Virus record (IMG/VR): IMGVR_UViG_3300049003_000001
Location: 13,660 to 77,659 of that record
Origin: a virus
Taxonomy: Duplodnaviria > Heunggongvirae > Uroviricota > Caudoviricetes
Reading direction: 5' to 3' (one strand)
Length of the DNA stretch: 64,000 nt
Shown here: positions 1 to 9,232 of the stretch, piece by piece
Numbering within the stretch: the stretch's first letter is position 1
Layout of the letters: each line of letters opens with the position of its first letter
Notes under the pieces: generated by a model
What the model was told of the DNA's origin: nothing
Databases searched by the model: none
The model's input: only the letters and a program-made list of their open reading frames with translations
Program-made: the position numbers and the translations under genes

Positions 1-67
1 CGGTCCACGACCCGTTCGGCAAGCACATTCGAAACACAACGGTTTTGAAGAAGGCCGAGGTTCAGTA

Positions 68-982
68 ATGGCGGGCGGGGCGGAATTTGGAATGGACGCC
101 TCCGGAGCAATGTCCGTCATGGGCACGCTGAACGGCTTTACCGCCAAGGTCAAGACTCCGTTCTACATCAATTCGGTGTTGCGCTACGCGCACGCGAGGT
201 TGTCTGATTTCTTCGACCTATGGCTGGACAACAAGGCGACGAATTCCCCGCACGAGTTCATGCACGTCTACGAGTGGCCTCAGCATTTCAGGGCGTACGA
301 AGAGACGGTAGGAAATAGCGCGTACCGCCTGTGGGCTCACAAGTTCACCGGAAAGTCCTCAGACGCATCGGCTGGATTCATTTTCCTGCCGTCCACCCGA
401 CCAACGCCGGTTGACCCTATTTTGTTGAAGCCGGGGCCGGGAGGTCGTGTGGTAAAGCATGGGGTTCATGTATTCCACTTCAAGGCGACGGTCATGGAGT
501 ACGGACTGCCTGTGGATATTACGCCAAAGCTTGCTCAGTACCTCGCCTACGTAATCTCTGCCAGCAAGGGCGGGGGTACGGACGGTGATCCGCTCCGTCG
601 TCCCAATATGCCGGAAGAGCAGGGTGGGGACGTGATGCTCAGCAAGGGGCCGGTCCACATCGATTCGGCCGGTGGCGGAAAGACCACCCACAAGTTCACC
701 ACCGCATTCAAGGAATTCTACGACTCCCTAGCGGCGGACCACATGCGTAACGACATTATGCCGAGGGTGGAGAAGGAACTAGCCGCTACGATGAAGTTGC
801 AGCTAGAGCAGAATGCCAAGGCGTCGATCAAATCAGGAAAGGTTGCCACGAAGAGCCTAGGGCTCACCGGAGGCGAGCATTTCGCAGAGGCTCAGCGCGA
901 GGTCGAGGCAGCGCTGGACGTACAGGCAAATAGGTTTATTGCAGAAGCAGCAGTAAGGAGGCGAGAACTATATGGTAGCTAA
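68..982 (+). CDS. virion structural protein, head-tail joining region (function unresolved)
   Basis: 304-aa ORF directly upstream of the tail module. It has an ATGA-type start overlap with the next gene. I recognised no enzymatic motifs. Confidence 0.3.
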   Translation: MAGGAEFGMDASGAMSVMGTLNGFTAKVKTPFYINSVLRYAHARLSDFFDLWLDNKATNSPHEFMHVYEWPQHFRAYEETVGNSAYRLWAHKFTGKSSDASAGFIFLPSTRPTPVDPILLKPGPGGRVVKHGVHVFHFKATVMEYGLPVDITPKLAQYLAYVISASKGGGTDGDPLRRPNMPEEQGGDVMLSKGPVHIDSAGGGKTTHKFTTAFKEFYDSLAADHMRNDIMPRVEKELAATMKLQLEQNAKASIKSGKVATKSLGLTGGEHFAEAQREVEAALDVQANRFIAEAAVRRRELYGS

Positions 983-1517
983 GCACATTCCATCAGTGTT
1001 CGCGGTGAACAAGTGGCTATGGTCACAGATTGAAAACACCGACGACCACGAGGGAATTCTAAACAAGGCCGATTACAACGGCCTCATTCCGATCATTCCG
1101 ATTCAGGAGTCGGCGCAGTTCGTTCAGGCAATGGACGCGACGGCCGGGGTGGGGGCGTACCCGTACATCGTTTATTCGTGGTATACGAATAGCATTGATG
1201 CGGACTCGTGGTACCAGCAGACCGACACGGTTATCTACACGATCTATTCGACGGATCAGACCAAGCTACGTCAGCTTGTGCTTCTATTCCTCAATCTGTT
1301 GAAGCGTTTCGACATGACAGCGGATAGGGTCAACGATTTCATCTACGACCCGGACAACGCGTTGGGCAGCGAGTACACGGCGTACAACTACAAGACAATT
1401 TGGGTTGCAGCGTCGAATGCTGGCACTCCGAGCGGTTACGAAAATGACCCGAATCAGGCAACCATCACCGTGCGCGTGAAGTACACGAATGATGGAAATG
1501 ACGAGCCATTGCCGTAA
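972..1517 (+). CDS. head-to-tail connector / tail terminator-like structural protein
   Basis: 181-aa ORF between a structural ORF and the major tail protein. The position is syntenic with siphophage head-tail genes. Confidence 0.3.
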   Translation: MVAKHIPSVFAVNKWLWSQIENTDDHEGILNKADYNGLIPIIPIQESAQFVQAMDATAGVGAYPYIVYSWYTNSIDADSWYQQTDTVIYTIYSTDQTKLRQLVLLFLNLLKRFDMTADRVNDFIYDPDNALGSEYTAYNYKTIWVAASNAGTPSGYENDPNQATITVRVKYTNDGNDEPLP

Positions 1518-1620
1518 TTTTGCATTTTGGAACGAAGCACTATACCATAACAATTAAGAAGCGCCTAGCCAGCGAATAGTTTTGAAATTTATTGAATTCA
1601 CTCGGGAGGTGAAAAATACT

Positions 1621-2247
1621 ATGCCATACAGTGTAGGTGATAGCAAGAAGGTTATTGTCGGTGCTGCCGCGTTCTTCGTAGCAGATGCCACTGCGGGTGC
1701 CGTACTTCCGTCCATCCTCGGAACCGATACCACGTCTCGTGCAGAGGATCTACTAGACGGCGCTGCGGCCTGGAAGAATGTTGGATTCACCGATGGTGGT
1801 GTTGAGGTCTCGTACGAGCCAACTTACGGAGACGTAACTGTTGACCAGCTACTTGACTCAGCGGTTATCTTCAAGTCTGGAATGAAGGTTATGGTCAACA
1901 CGACTTTCTCTGAGGCAACTCTAGAGAATCTAGTGATTGTTTGGGGTCAGGCAAGCGACACGCTTGATGACGTCAACCGCGTTCTAACGATTGAAGGTGG
2001 CTCGCTAGGCGAGGCTCCGAACGAGCGCGCACTTGCGTTCGTTGGTCCGGCTCCGCGCCAGACTGCAAGCGACAAGGTTCAGCGTCTATACCACGTAACT
2101 CGTGCAATTCAGACGCAGACCACGGCCCACAGCCTAAAGCGTGACGCCGCAACTGCTCTTCCGGTTTCCTTCCGCTGCCTTCCGGGTACCGCCGTTTCAG
2201 GTGGTACCGCGTACGGTACGGTTCGTGACCGTGCTTTCGGTGCCTGA
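1621..2247 (+). CDS. major tail protein (tail tube subunit)
   Basis: GGGAGG RBS 8 nt upstream of ATG 1621. It lies immediately upstream of the G/GT chaperones and the tape measure gene and is followed by a strong rho-independent terminator. The Thr/Gly/Val-rich ~208-aa composition is typical of tail tube proteins. Confidence 0.6.
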   Translation: MPYSVGDSKKVIVGAAAFFVADATAGAVLPSILGTDTTSRAEDLLDGAAAWKNVGFTDGGVEVSYEPTYGDVTVDQLLDSAVIFKSGMKVMVNTTFSEATLENLVIVWGQASDTLDDVNRVLTIEGGSLGEAPNERALAFVGPAPRQTASDKVQRLYHVTRAIQTQTTAHSLKRDAATALPVSFRCLPGTAVSGGTAYGTVRDRAFGA

Positions 2248-2270
2248 TAGGCCACTTTAAGCTTCGCAAA

Positions 2271-2300
2271 ACCCCCGCTTCGGCGGGGGTTTTGTTTTTG
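2271..2300 (+). terminator. rho-independent terminator after the major tail gene
   Basis: CCCCCGC-ttcg-GCGGGGG stem followed by TTTTGTTTTTG. Confidence 0.8.
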
Positions 2301-2356
2301 CTTATGAATCCCGAAACTGATAAAATCAAAGCAACCTAGAAAGAGGAGAAAATAAC

Positions 2357-2707
2357 ATGTCAGCACAGAACATCTACGAGGTAGTAATCGTTCCGCTACA
2401 GGACGACACGACTGTTGAGCTAAAGCCAGCCAGCATCAAGCTATTGAAGGCAGGAAACAAGGTTCTACAGCGTCTTGGCGAGGCTGAGGACACCGACCAG
2501 ACCCTAGACATTCTTTTGGAGACCTGCATCGTTCTTTTGAAGAAGCAGCGCCCGGCGCTCGCGGACCCGGAGACCGGCAAGGAGCTTGCGGAAGACCTAT
2601 TCGACCTAGAGACCGTATACAAGGTTATCGAGGTAATGCTGGGCGTGAAGCTGAATGACCCAAAATTGGTGGAAGCAGCGATGAGGGCTCAGCAGGAACA
2701 GAACTAA
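2357..2707 (+). CDS. tail assembly chaperone (gpG-like)
   Basis: 116-aa acidic ORF directly upstream of the tape measure gene. It contains the slippery heptamer C CCA AAA at 2659-2665 near its 3' end. Confidence 0.65.
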   Translation: MSAQNIYEVVIVPLQDDTTVELKPASIKLLKAGNKVLQRLGEAEDTDQTLDILLETCIVLLKKQRPALADPETGKELAEDLFDLETVYKVIEVMLGVKLNDPKLVEAAMRAQQEQN

Positions 2708-3015
2708 GCGAAATCAGCCTCGCTGATCTAGAGGCTGAGGTATTCGTTAAAGTCGGGGCTTGGAAGAGCTTTGACGAACTAGAAGAAAACATTAGCCTAA
2801 TCGAACTCGACTGGATGCTCAAAGCGATTAGGCAGGATCAGGAAGAAACGCGAGTCTTCCAGGCCGGAATTCAGGGCATCGACCTTACTAAGCACAAGGT
2901 TGACGCAATTGAAGAGAAGCGCCGAGAAATTGAGCGCCGTGCAAATGAGAAGATGCACGGTTTCGCAGCAGTCGAACGCCAGGAGTTTGAGGAATTCGGT
3001 ATCGTTTTCGAATAA
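2357..3015 (+). CDS. tail assembly chaperone GT fusion (-1 programmed frameshift product; shift at 2659-2665)
   Basis: The -1 frame opens exactly at 2659 (a TGA at 2656-2658 precedes it) and stays open to 3015. The X XXY YYZ motif CCCAAAA is in the G frame. This is the classic G/GT arrangement upstream of a tape measure gene. Confidence 0.55.
2659..2665 (+). other. -1 ribosomal frameshift slippery heptamer CCCAAAA
   Basis: It reads as D-P-K in the G frame (gaC CCA AAA). The -1 frame continues as P-K-I-G-G-S... with no stop until 3015. Confidence 0.55.
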
Positions 3016-3092
3016 CCCCTGAGCCCGAATCGGAGTGAAACAAAATCGAAAGCGTAGTAGTAAGGTTTAGCGGTAGCGCCGACTTCGGTCCG

Positions 3093-6000
3093 GTGAAGTC
3101 TGAGCTTGCAGCATTGCAGGCTCAGTTTGCCGCTCTCTCAAAGGAAATGGACGCGGCCCGTACCAAGGGTCCGCTTGTCAATAATGCACAGCAGTACGCT
3201 CAGCAGCTAGACAAGGTAAACGCGCTCCGCAACGGATTCACCTCAATGGTCCGCGAGGGCGAGAACGTCCACAAGGTACTCACCCCTGGCTTTAATCAGA
3301 TGATGCAGGCCACGGGTGCCTTTGAGGTACGCACGGTAAAGACCGTTAGCGCGTCTCAGCAGTTGACCAAGGCCATCATGGATCAGAAGGTCAGCGTTAC
3401 CGGCGCTATGCGTAACTTTGGAGAATTCCGCAAGACTCTACGCGACGTTTACACCGAGCAGGAGAAGCTACGTAAGGCTTCTGCTATTCAGTGGAAGACC
3501 GATTCGAATGGCAAGAACAACACCACCGATTTGTACCTGCCGAAGAACATTACTCCGGAACTGGTCTCAGCGCAGACCAAGTACGGCACAATGCTTTCCA
3601 CGTTGCAGGCAATGGGTACCGCAACGCAGAATTGGGGTAAGAACACGCAGTGGGCCGGTCGCCAGATCACGGCCGGTTTCACCATGCCTCTTCTACTCGC
3701 AGGCGCGGGGCTAGCAAAGCTAGCTTACACGGCTGACCAGCAGCTTACCCGTATTACCAAGGTTTACGACACGAACACAAAGGTAACCGGAAACGCTCTG
3801 GAAAAGCAGGCTTCCCAGGAGGCCGAGCTTGCTCAGGTCCGCGTTGACAGCCTTAACAATGCGACGAGGCTGGCACAGACCTACGGAGCATCTCTAAAGG
3901 ATACTCTGTCGGTAACGGCGGACCTTGCCGCTATTGGTAGGAAGGGTCACGACCTGTATGCGGACACCGCTCAGGTAACCCGTATTGCGACGCTAGGTGA
4001 ACTTGACCTACAGGACGCAATGTCCATGACTATCACGCTCATGAATACCTACAAGATGAGCACGAAGGAATTGGGAGATTCCTTCAACTACATGAACGAC
4101 CTTGAAAACGCTACGAGCCTTTCGACCCAGGACTTCGCGCAGGCGATTCCGCGTGCGGCTAGCTCGATGGCGTCTCTAGGCGTTTCATTCAAGGATTTCG
4201 GTGTCCTTATGGTTGCCATGAAGGAAGGTGGAGTTGACGCCGTTCAGGGCGCTAACGCGCTAAAGAGCGCGACCGGACGCTTGCTCAACCCGACTGCCGA
4301 GGCGAAGGCCGCATTCGATGCTATGCACATTTCCATTGAGCAGGTTGTCAAGTCTGCCGGTGGTAACCTATTCGAAACCCTAAAGGCCCTTGCTCCGCAG
4401 ATGGCCGGATTTGACGCGCTGACTCAGCAGGCCGCGATTAAGTCTCTATTCGGAACCTACCAGTTCAACCGCATGAACGTTGTTTTGCAGAACCTTGGCT
4501 CTGCCCTTGCGGGCACGAGCACGGAGTTCTCGCAGACCGCGAAGGCGATTGAGGAATCCAAGAAGAGCACGCAGGAATGGGCGCAGGTAGCCGACGCCGA
4601 AATTAAGCAGTTCCAGCAGTCGTCTTCCGGACGTATGAAGATTGCGATTGCGACTCTACAGGCCGACCTGACCAAGATGGGTGCCCCGATCCTAGAGGCG
4701 CTTATCCCGGTTGTTGGCGCTCTAGGCGATATCGTCAAGTTCCTTACCGACCTACCAGGCCCGATTAAGACTGCGGCCAAGTGGTTCGGAATTATCATGG
4801 GTGTCGCCGGTCCGTTGATGATGGTTGTCGGTATTTTCGCTAACTTCGCGGGTACGATTATGAAGGTTGCGGGAGCCACCGGACGCCTTCTAACCGGATT
4901 CAAGATGCTTAATGACGAAACAGCAGCGGACAACGCGCTGACGGCGACCTCTATCCAGACCAAGGACAAGGCCGCTCAGGCGACCGCCACCCTGGCCTTG
5001 CGTATGCAGGAATTGGTCAAGATCATGGAGCAGCGTCTTGCTCTACAGGAAGAAATCAACATTGCCGAAATGGGCGGGGTCAGGAACGCATCAAGCGCGA
5101 TGACCGCCACCACAGCGGCTAATTCTGGTGGAAATCTTTGGGGACCGGCTGCCGGACAGAAGGTAGCCCCGACTCAGACCAACCCGCTATTGTGGGGTAA
5201 GGAAGGTGCTGCCGAGGCGTCTGCAAAGGTAGCTGCCAACGCGGAGAAGACCGCAATTTCCTGGGGCAAGGTCGGTGCCAACGTCGGCGCGCTAGCAATT
5301 GGCGCAACGATGATGGGCAGCATGGTTGACGGCTCTGGTAGCATTGCAACAAATCTTATTCAGGGCTCAATCGCTTTCGCCATGCTTGCGCCGGTCATCG
5401 GACAGGTTGTCCAGAAGATCAAGGCAATTCGCGTGGCTCAGGCAGCGATGGCAACTGAGGGTGTAGCGGGAACCAGCCTAATCGGCGCGGGATTCGGCAA
5501 GGTGAAGAACCTTGGAAAGAGTGCGTTCAGCGCTGTCGCCTCCGGAGCTAAGTGGCTATTCACCACGGGTCCGGGACTCATGACCGCCGGACTTGTCGCG
5601 GCCGGAATCGCGTGGCTGGCAATCGATAATTACATGAACCGTGCCAGCCGTCGTCAGGATGAAATCAACAAGTCTACCGACACCTGGCGCTCAATCCTGG
5701 GGTACACCGGACAGTCTCTTGAAGATATCACCGGAAAGTTCGATCCGTCTAAGCGCTTCGGTGCTTTGAGCAAGGCCGCAACGCAGTTGTCGGACCAGAA
5801 TCAGGGATTGGTTGACGCTCTAGGCGAGGCCAAGGGGAACTTGAACAAGGTATATGGCCTTGCCATGAACGAGGCTTTGAAGGTCCGCGTGGACGGTGGA
5901 ACCGCAATTCAGGCCAAGATGGCATTTGACGTTGCGCTAAAGGCTGCCGGTATCGGTCAGTCTGATTTCGATAAGCTCAACATCAGGTTCGACAAGATTG

Positions 6001-8831
6001 ATCTTGAAGACCCGCAGGCGGTTGCTGACGCCATCAACAGCCAGATTCAGACCGCGCTCGACGCCTCAAAGAATCCTGATTTCCACCTAAGCGGTGGATG
6101 GACGGGCTCGCTGTGGAATAGCTTGACCACGCCGGGAAGCGCTCGCGGAACCGCCAACGGCCTTCTAGGTGACGACGCATCGGCCATGTTCAAGAATGTT
6201 GGAAACGACATTTACAACGCTATCGCTAACGCAATTCAGAGTGGAGACCCGACGCAGATCGACTCCGCGATGAAGTCGCTGACCTCTGGCTTGAACAACA
6301 CCTTCAAGGATTCATTCAACGACATTCGCTCGCAGGGTGACAACGCGAAGATTTTCAAGGAAATGGGCATCACGTCCATGACCCAGCTTCGTGACGCGAT
6401 GATTGCGGCCTCGTCGGCGGACAAGAAGGGCACCGCCACACAGATTCAGAAGAATCTTCTAGGCGCGGGCATCACGAACAATGACCAGTACAAGGAATAC
6501 TACCAGGCTTGGAAGACGATGCTTGACGCCATTGGCGCGGCGTCGGGTCTAAAGGGCAAGGCTCTAACTGACTTCCAGCAGAAGATTCTTACGATTGCCG
6601 GGCTAGGAAGCCACTTCAAGAGTTCTATGGACGGAAACGCCGATGGTGTCAAGAAGCTCGGTGACGCGGCTCAGACGGCTGCCGGGGACATTAGCAGTCT
6701 AGAGGACGCGATGAACACCACGGGCGCTATTGCCACGGGCTCGCAGTACGCGGACGAAATGAAGTCGGCTTACGGTGGAACAATCTCCACCTACGTAAGC
6801 CAGATTTCTGACGCCTACAGCAAGGCTGAGCAGGCAGCAGCGGACCGCATTCAGGCCGGTGGAGACAAGCGTCAGGCAGCTTTTGAGTCTCAGCTAAAGG
6901 GAATTGCCGCAAGGTACAAGGCCCTAGGCAAGACCTACGATAACGACATGGAGGCGGCGAAGACTGCTGCCGATGGAAAGATCGAGGCTATCAACGGTCA
7001 GATCGATGCGCTAAAGAAGGAGGACGACGTACGTCAGGAGCTATTCGACAACGAGAAGACTCGCATCTCTCGTCTAGCCGAATTGTCGAATGACAACACC
7101 GACTTCAACGCAGCGCTGAATTCTGGAAACTTGGACGAGGCTGCCAAGATTTACAACAACTCTACCGCCAAGGTTCAGGGTTGGAGGATGGACGATCAGG
7201 AAGCGGCAATGGCTAAGGCCAATGCCAAGAAGACTGAGCAGCTACAGGCGCAGATCAAGCAGATCGAGACAGATCGTGACGCTTATGTCAAGGCAATTCA
7301 GGACAAGAAGGACGCTCTATCTGATTTGCAGCAGGCCGAGGAAGACGCGGTAAACGCAGCAAAGGACGCTGACCAGAAGCGCACGCAGGCTTCTATCAAG
7401 GCGAGCAACGACCGTTACGAGGCCGACAAGAAGGCTATTCAGCTACAGCTTGACGCTATTACGGCATTCGTGCCGCAGTCGGTGGGTCAGGTGCAGACGC
7501 AGATCGGGCAGATTAACGCGGCCTACCAGGGCTACGGATACCAGCTACAGGGATACTCTAGCACGTGGTCGAAGGAAATTGGAAACGACCTTAACTGGAA
7601 TATCCAGAAGGCAGCTTCCGCATTGCAGTCTGATATTGGATGGAGCCAGATTGGTACGTTCATTCAGCAGCAGATCGACTCTGGCGCGGCGTTCACGCTA
7701 GAGCAGGCGCTTACCTTCCTAAAGACTGGCGTTTGGCCGAAGAACATTGGCGGCTCTAATGCGGGTGTGGGTGCGGGTGCTGCCGCGAAGTGGCTTCCGT
7801 CAACCCCCGCAAATATCCGCGAGACCGGAAATGGTCGCCAGGTCACCGGAGGTAAGGGTGGCATGGGCGGTAGCACGAGCTACGCGACGGGTGGTTACAC
7901 CGGCCACGGTGGAAAGTACGAGCCAGCCGGTATTGTCCACAAGGGTGAGTTCGTATTCCCACAGGAAGCCGTAGAGCGTATCGGTATCGATAAGCTAGGT
8001 ACGTGGGCCGGTCTTCCGGGATATTCTAGCGGTGGTCTCGTAGGCCAGGCCATCGGAATGCGTGAAATCCTTAACGCCGGTATTATGGCAAAGGCTGCCA
8101 AGGACGCCGCAAATGGCGCTTGGGCAGCGGCCAACGCCGGGCCGGTTGGTAAGGGTGCGGCTGACGCTCTCGGATACACCGGAGGCGTCGGAGGAAGCGT
8201 TGCAAAGGTATTGGCAGTAGCCCGCTCAATGATGGGTACTCCGTACATTTGGGGTGGCGCTGGCGCTGGCGGTGCGGACTGTTCCGGATTCATGAGCATC
8301 ATCGAGAACGCAGTTTTCGGAAAGGTTCCGCCGTACGGCCGCCGCTGGGCAACTGCTAGCTTCGCTGGTGGTAAGGAAATCGACGGTTGGAAGCGTGGCG
8401 GTTCTGCCGCAAACGTATTCCGTATCGGTGTCGATCCGGGTAGCCACGTCGCGGGTACCTTCGCTGGTCACTCTGTGGAATCGGGCTCAGGCCACGGACC
8501 ACGCGTTGACGGAAATGCTCTAAACGCTTCTTCCGGATTCAAGTACCAGTATTACCTACCGGCGGCTGACAGGATTCCTCAGCTATACAAGGGTGGAACA
8601 ATCAGGTACGACAACACCCTTGCCAATCTCCACAAGGGCGAGACGGTATTGACCGCTCCACTAACGGAGAAGTTGCAGGATAATGTTGCTTCCGGATTGG
8701 GTAACACATACAATGTAGATATTGATATGAGCAATTCCAGCTTTGACAGTCAGATTGACTTTGAGCGTGGCGTAAAGCGCGCGTTGGAGCAGATTGACGC
8801 AAAGACTGGTAGGACGAGGGTGATTAACTGA
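3093..8831 (+). CDS. tape measure protein with C-terminal NlpC/P60-like peptidase domain
   Basis: 1912-aa ORF with a long Ala/Gln/Lys-rich coiled-coil centre and hydrophobic segments. An NlpC/P60 signature YIWGGAGAGGADCSGF...H...H lies near aa 1700-1790. GTG start. It sits after G/GT. Confidence 0.9.
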   Translation: MKSELAALQAQFAALSKEMDAARTKGPLVNNAQQYAQQLDKVNALRNGFTSMVREGENVHKVLTPGFNQMMQATGAFEVRTVKTVSASQQLTKAIMDQKVSVTGAMRNFGEFRKTLRDVYTEQEKLRKASAIQWKTDSNGKNNTTDLYLPKNITPELVSAQTKYGTMLSTLQAMGTATQNWGKNTQWAGRQITAGFTMPLLLAGAGLAKLAYTADQQLTRITKVYDTNTKVTGNALEKQASQEAELAQVRVDSLNNATRLAQTYGASLKDTLSVTADLAAIGRKGHDLYADTAQVTRIATLGELDLQDAMSMTITLMNTYKMSTKELGDSFNYMNDLENATSLSTQDFAQAIPRAASSMASLGVSFKDFGVLMVAMKEGGVDAVQGANALKSATGRLLNPTAEAKAAFDAMHISIEQVVKSAGGNLFETLKALAPQMAGFDALTQQAAIKSLFGTYQFNRMNVVLQNLGSALAGTSTEFSQTAKAIEESKKSTQEWAQVADAEIKQFQQSSSGRMKIAIATLQADLTKMGAPILEALIPVVGALGDIVKFLTDLPGPIKTAAKWFGIIMGVAGPLMMVVGIFANFAGTIMKVAGATGRLLTGFKMLNDETAADNALTATSIQTKDKAAQATATLALRMQELVKIMEQRLALQEEINIAEMGGVRNASSAMTATTAANSGGNLWGPAAGQKVAPTQTNPLLWGKEGAAEASAKVAANAEKTAISWGKVGANVGALAIGATMMGSMVDGSGSIATNLIQGSIAFAMLAPVIGQVVQKIKAIRVAQAAMATEGVAGTSLIGAGFGKVKNLGKSAFSAVASGAKWLFTTGPGLMTAGLVAAGIAWLAIDNYMNRASRRQDEINKSTDTWRSILGYTGQSLEDITGKFDPSKRFGALSKAATQLSDQNQGLVDALGEAKGNLNKVYGLAMNEALKVRVDGGTAIQAKMAFDVALKAAGIGQSDFDKLNIRFDKIDLEDPQAVADAINSQIQTALDASKNPDFHLSGGWTGSLWNSLTTPGSARGTANGLLGDDASAMFKNVGNDIYNAIANAIQSGDPTQIDSAMKSLTSGLNNTFKDSFNDIRSQGDNAKIFKEMGITSMTQLRDAMIAASSADKKGTATQIQKNLLGAGITNNDQYKEYYQAWKTMLDAIGAASGLKGKALTDFQQKILTIAGLGSHFKSSMDGNADGVKKLGDAAQTAAGDISSLEDAMNTTGAIATGSQYADEMKSAYGGTISTYVSQISDAYSKAEQAAADRIQAGGDKRQAAFESQLKGIAARYKALGKTYDNDMEAAKTAADGKIEAINGQIDALKKEDDVRQELFDNEKTRISRLAELSNDNTDFNAALNSGNLDEAAKIYNNSTAKVQGWRMDDQEAAMAKANAKKTEQLQAQIKQIETDRDAYVKAIQDKKDALSDLQQAEEDAVNAAKDADQKRTQASIKASNDRYEADKKAIQLQLDAITAFVPQSVGQVQTQIGQINAAYQGYGYQLQGYSSTWSKEIGNDLNWNIQKAASALQSDIGWSQIGTFIQQQIDSGAAFTLEQALTFLKTGVWPKNIGGSNAGVGAGAAAKWLPSTPANIRETGNGRQVTGGKGGMGGSTSYATGGYTGHGGKYEPAGIVHKGEFVFPQEAVERIGIDKLGTWAGLPGYSSGGLVGQAIGMREILNAGIMAKAAKDAANGAWAAANAGPVGKGAADALGYTGGVGGSVAKVLAVARSMMGTPYIWGGAGAGGADCSGFMSIIENAVFGKVPPYGRRWATASFAGGKEIDGWKRGGSAANVFRIGVDPGSHVAGTFAGHSVESGSGHGPRVDGNALNASSGFKYQYYLPAADRIPQLYKGGTIRYDNTLANLHKGETVLTAPLTEKLQDNVASGLGNTYNVDIDMSNSSFDSQIDFERGVKRALEQIDAKTGRTRVIN

Positions 8832-9232
8832 TGGTAAGGACGTTCTTGAAGCCGTCCCTCATGACCTGGGGCGGCAACAAGATTACTGACCACAATAGGT
8901 CAGAATTGGCAATCAAGAATGATCGAATCGAGGAAAAGACCCGTATGGCTAACGGAACGATGCGTAAGTACATCGTTGCTGACAAGCGTACTTTCTCGTG
9001 TTCGTGGGCGGACTTGCCTCAGAGCGCTCTCTTCACAGTGGACGGCTTTTGGGGAAAGAACGAGATGCAGACTTGGTATAACACCAAGCCGGGCGCGTTT
9101 GATTTGAAGGTGTTCTACGGTGACGGCACGAATGAAACCGTGTCCGTCATGATGAGCAGCTTCGCCGCGACCCTCAGCAAGCGAGGCGCGTTCGATTTCT
9201 GGAATGTAGATGTGGAGCTAGAAGAAGTATGA
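8831..9232 (+). CDS. minor tail protein (distal tail-like)
   Basis: Its ATG overlaps the TMP stop (ATGA). It is the first gene after the tape measure gene. 133 aa. Confidence 0.45.
   Translation: MVRTFLKPSLMTWGGNKITDHNRSELAIKNDRIEEKTRMANGTMRKYIVADKRTFSCSWADLPQSALFTVDGFWGKNEMQTWYNTKPGAFDLKVFYGDGTNETVSVMMSSFAATLSKRGAFDFWNVDVELEEV

Noticed and set aside
4457-4969. 170-aa minus-strand ORF inside the tape measure gene. Similar cases are 7895..8302, 8226..8471 and 6236..6439.
   Set aside because: These are antisense to a long, well-supported plus-strand gene. They have no RBS or start context. They are typical high-GC antisense open frames.
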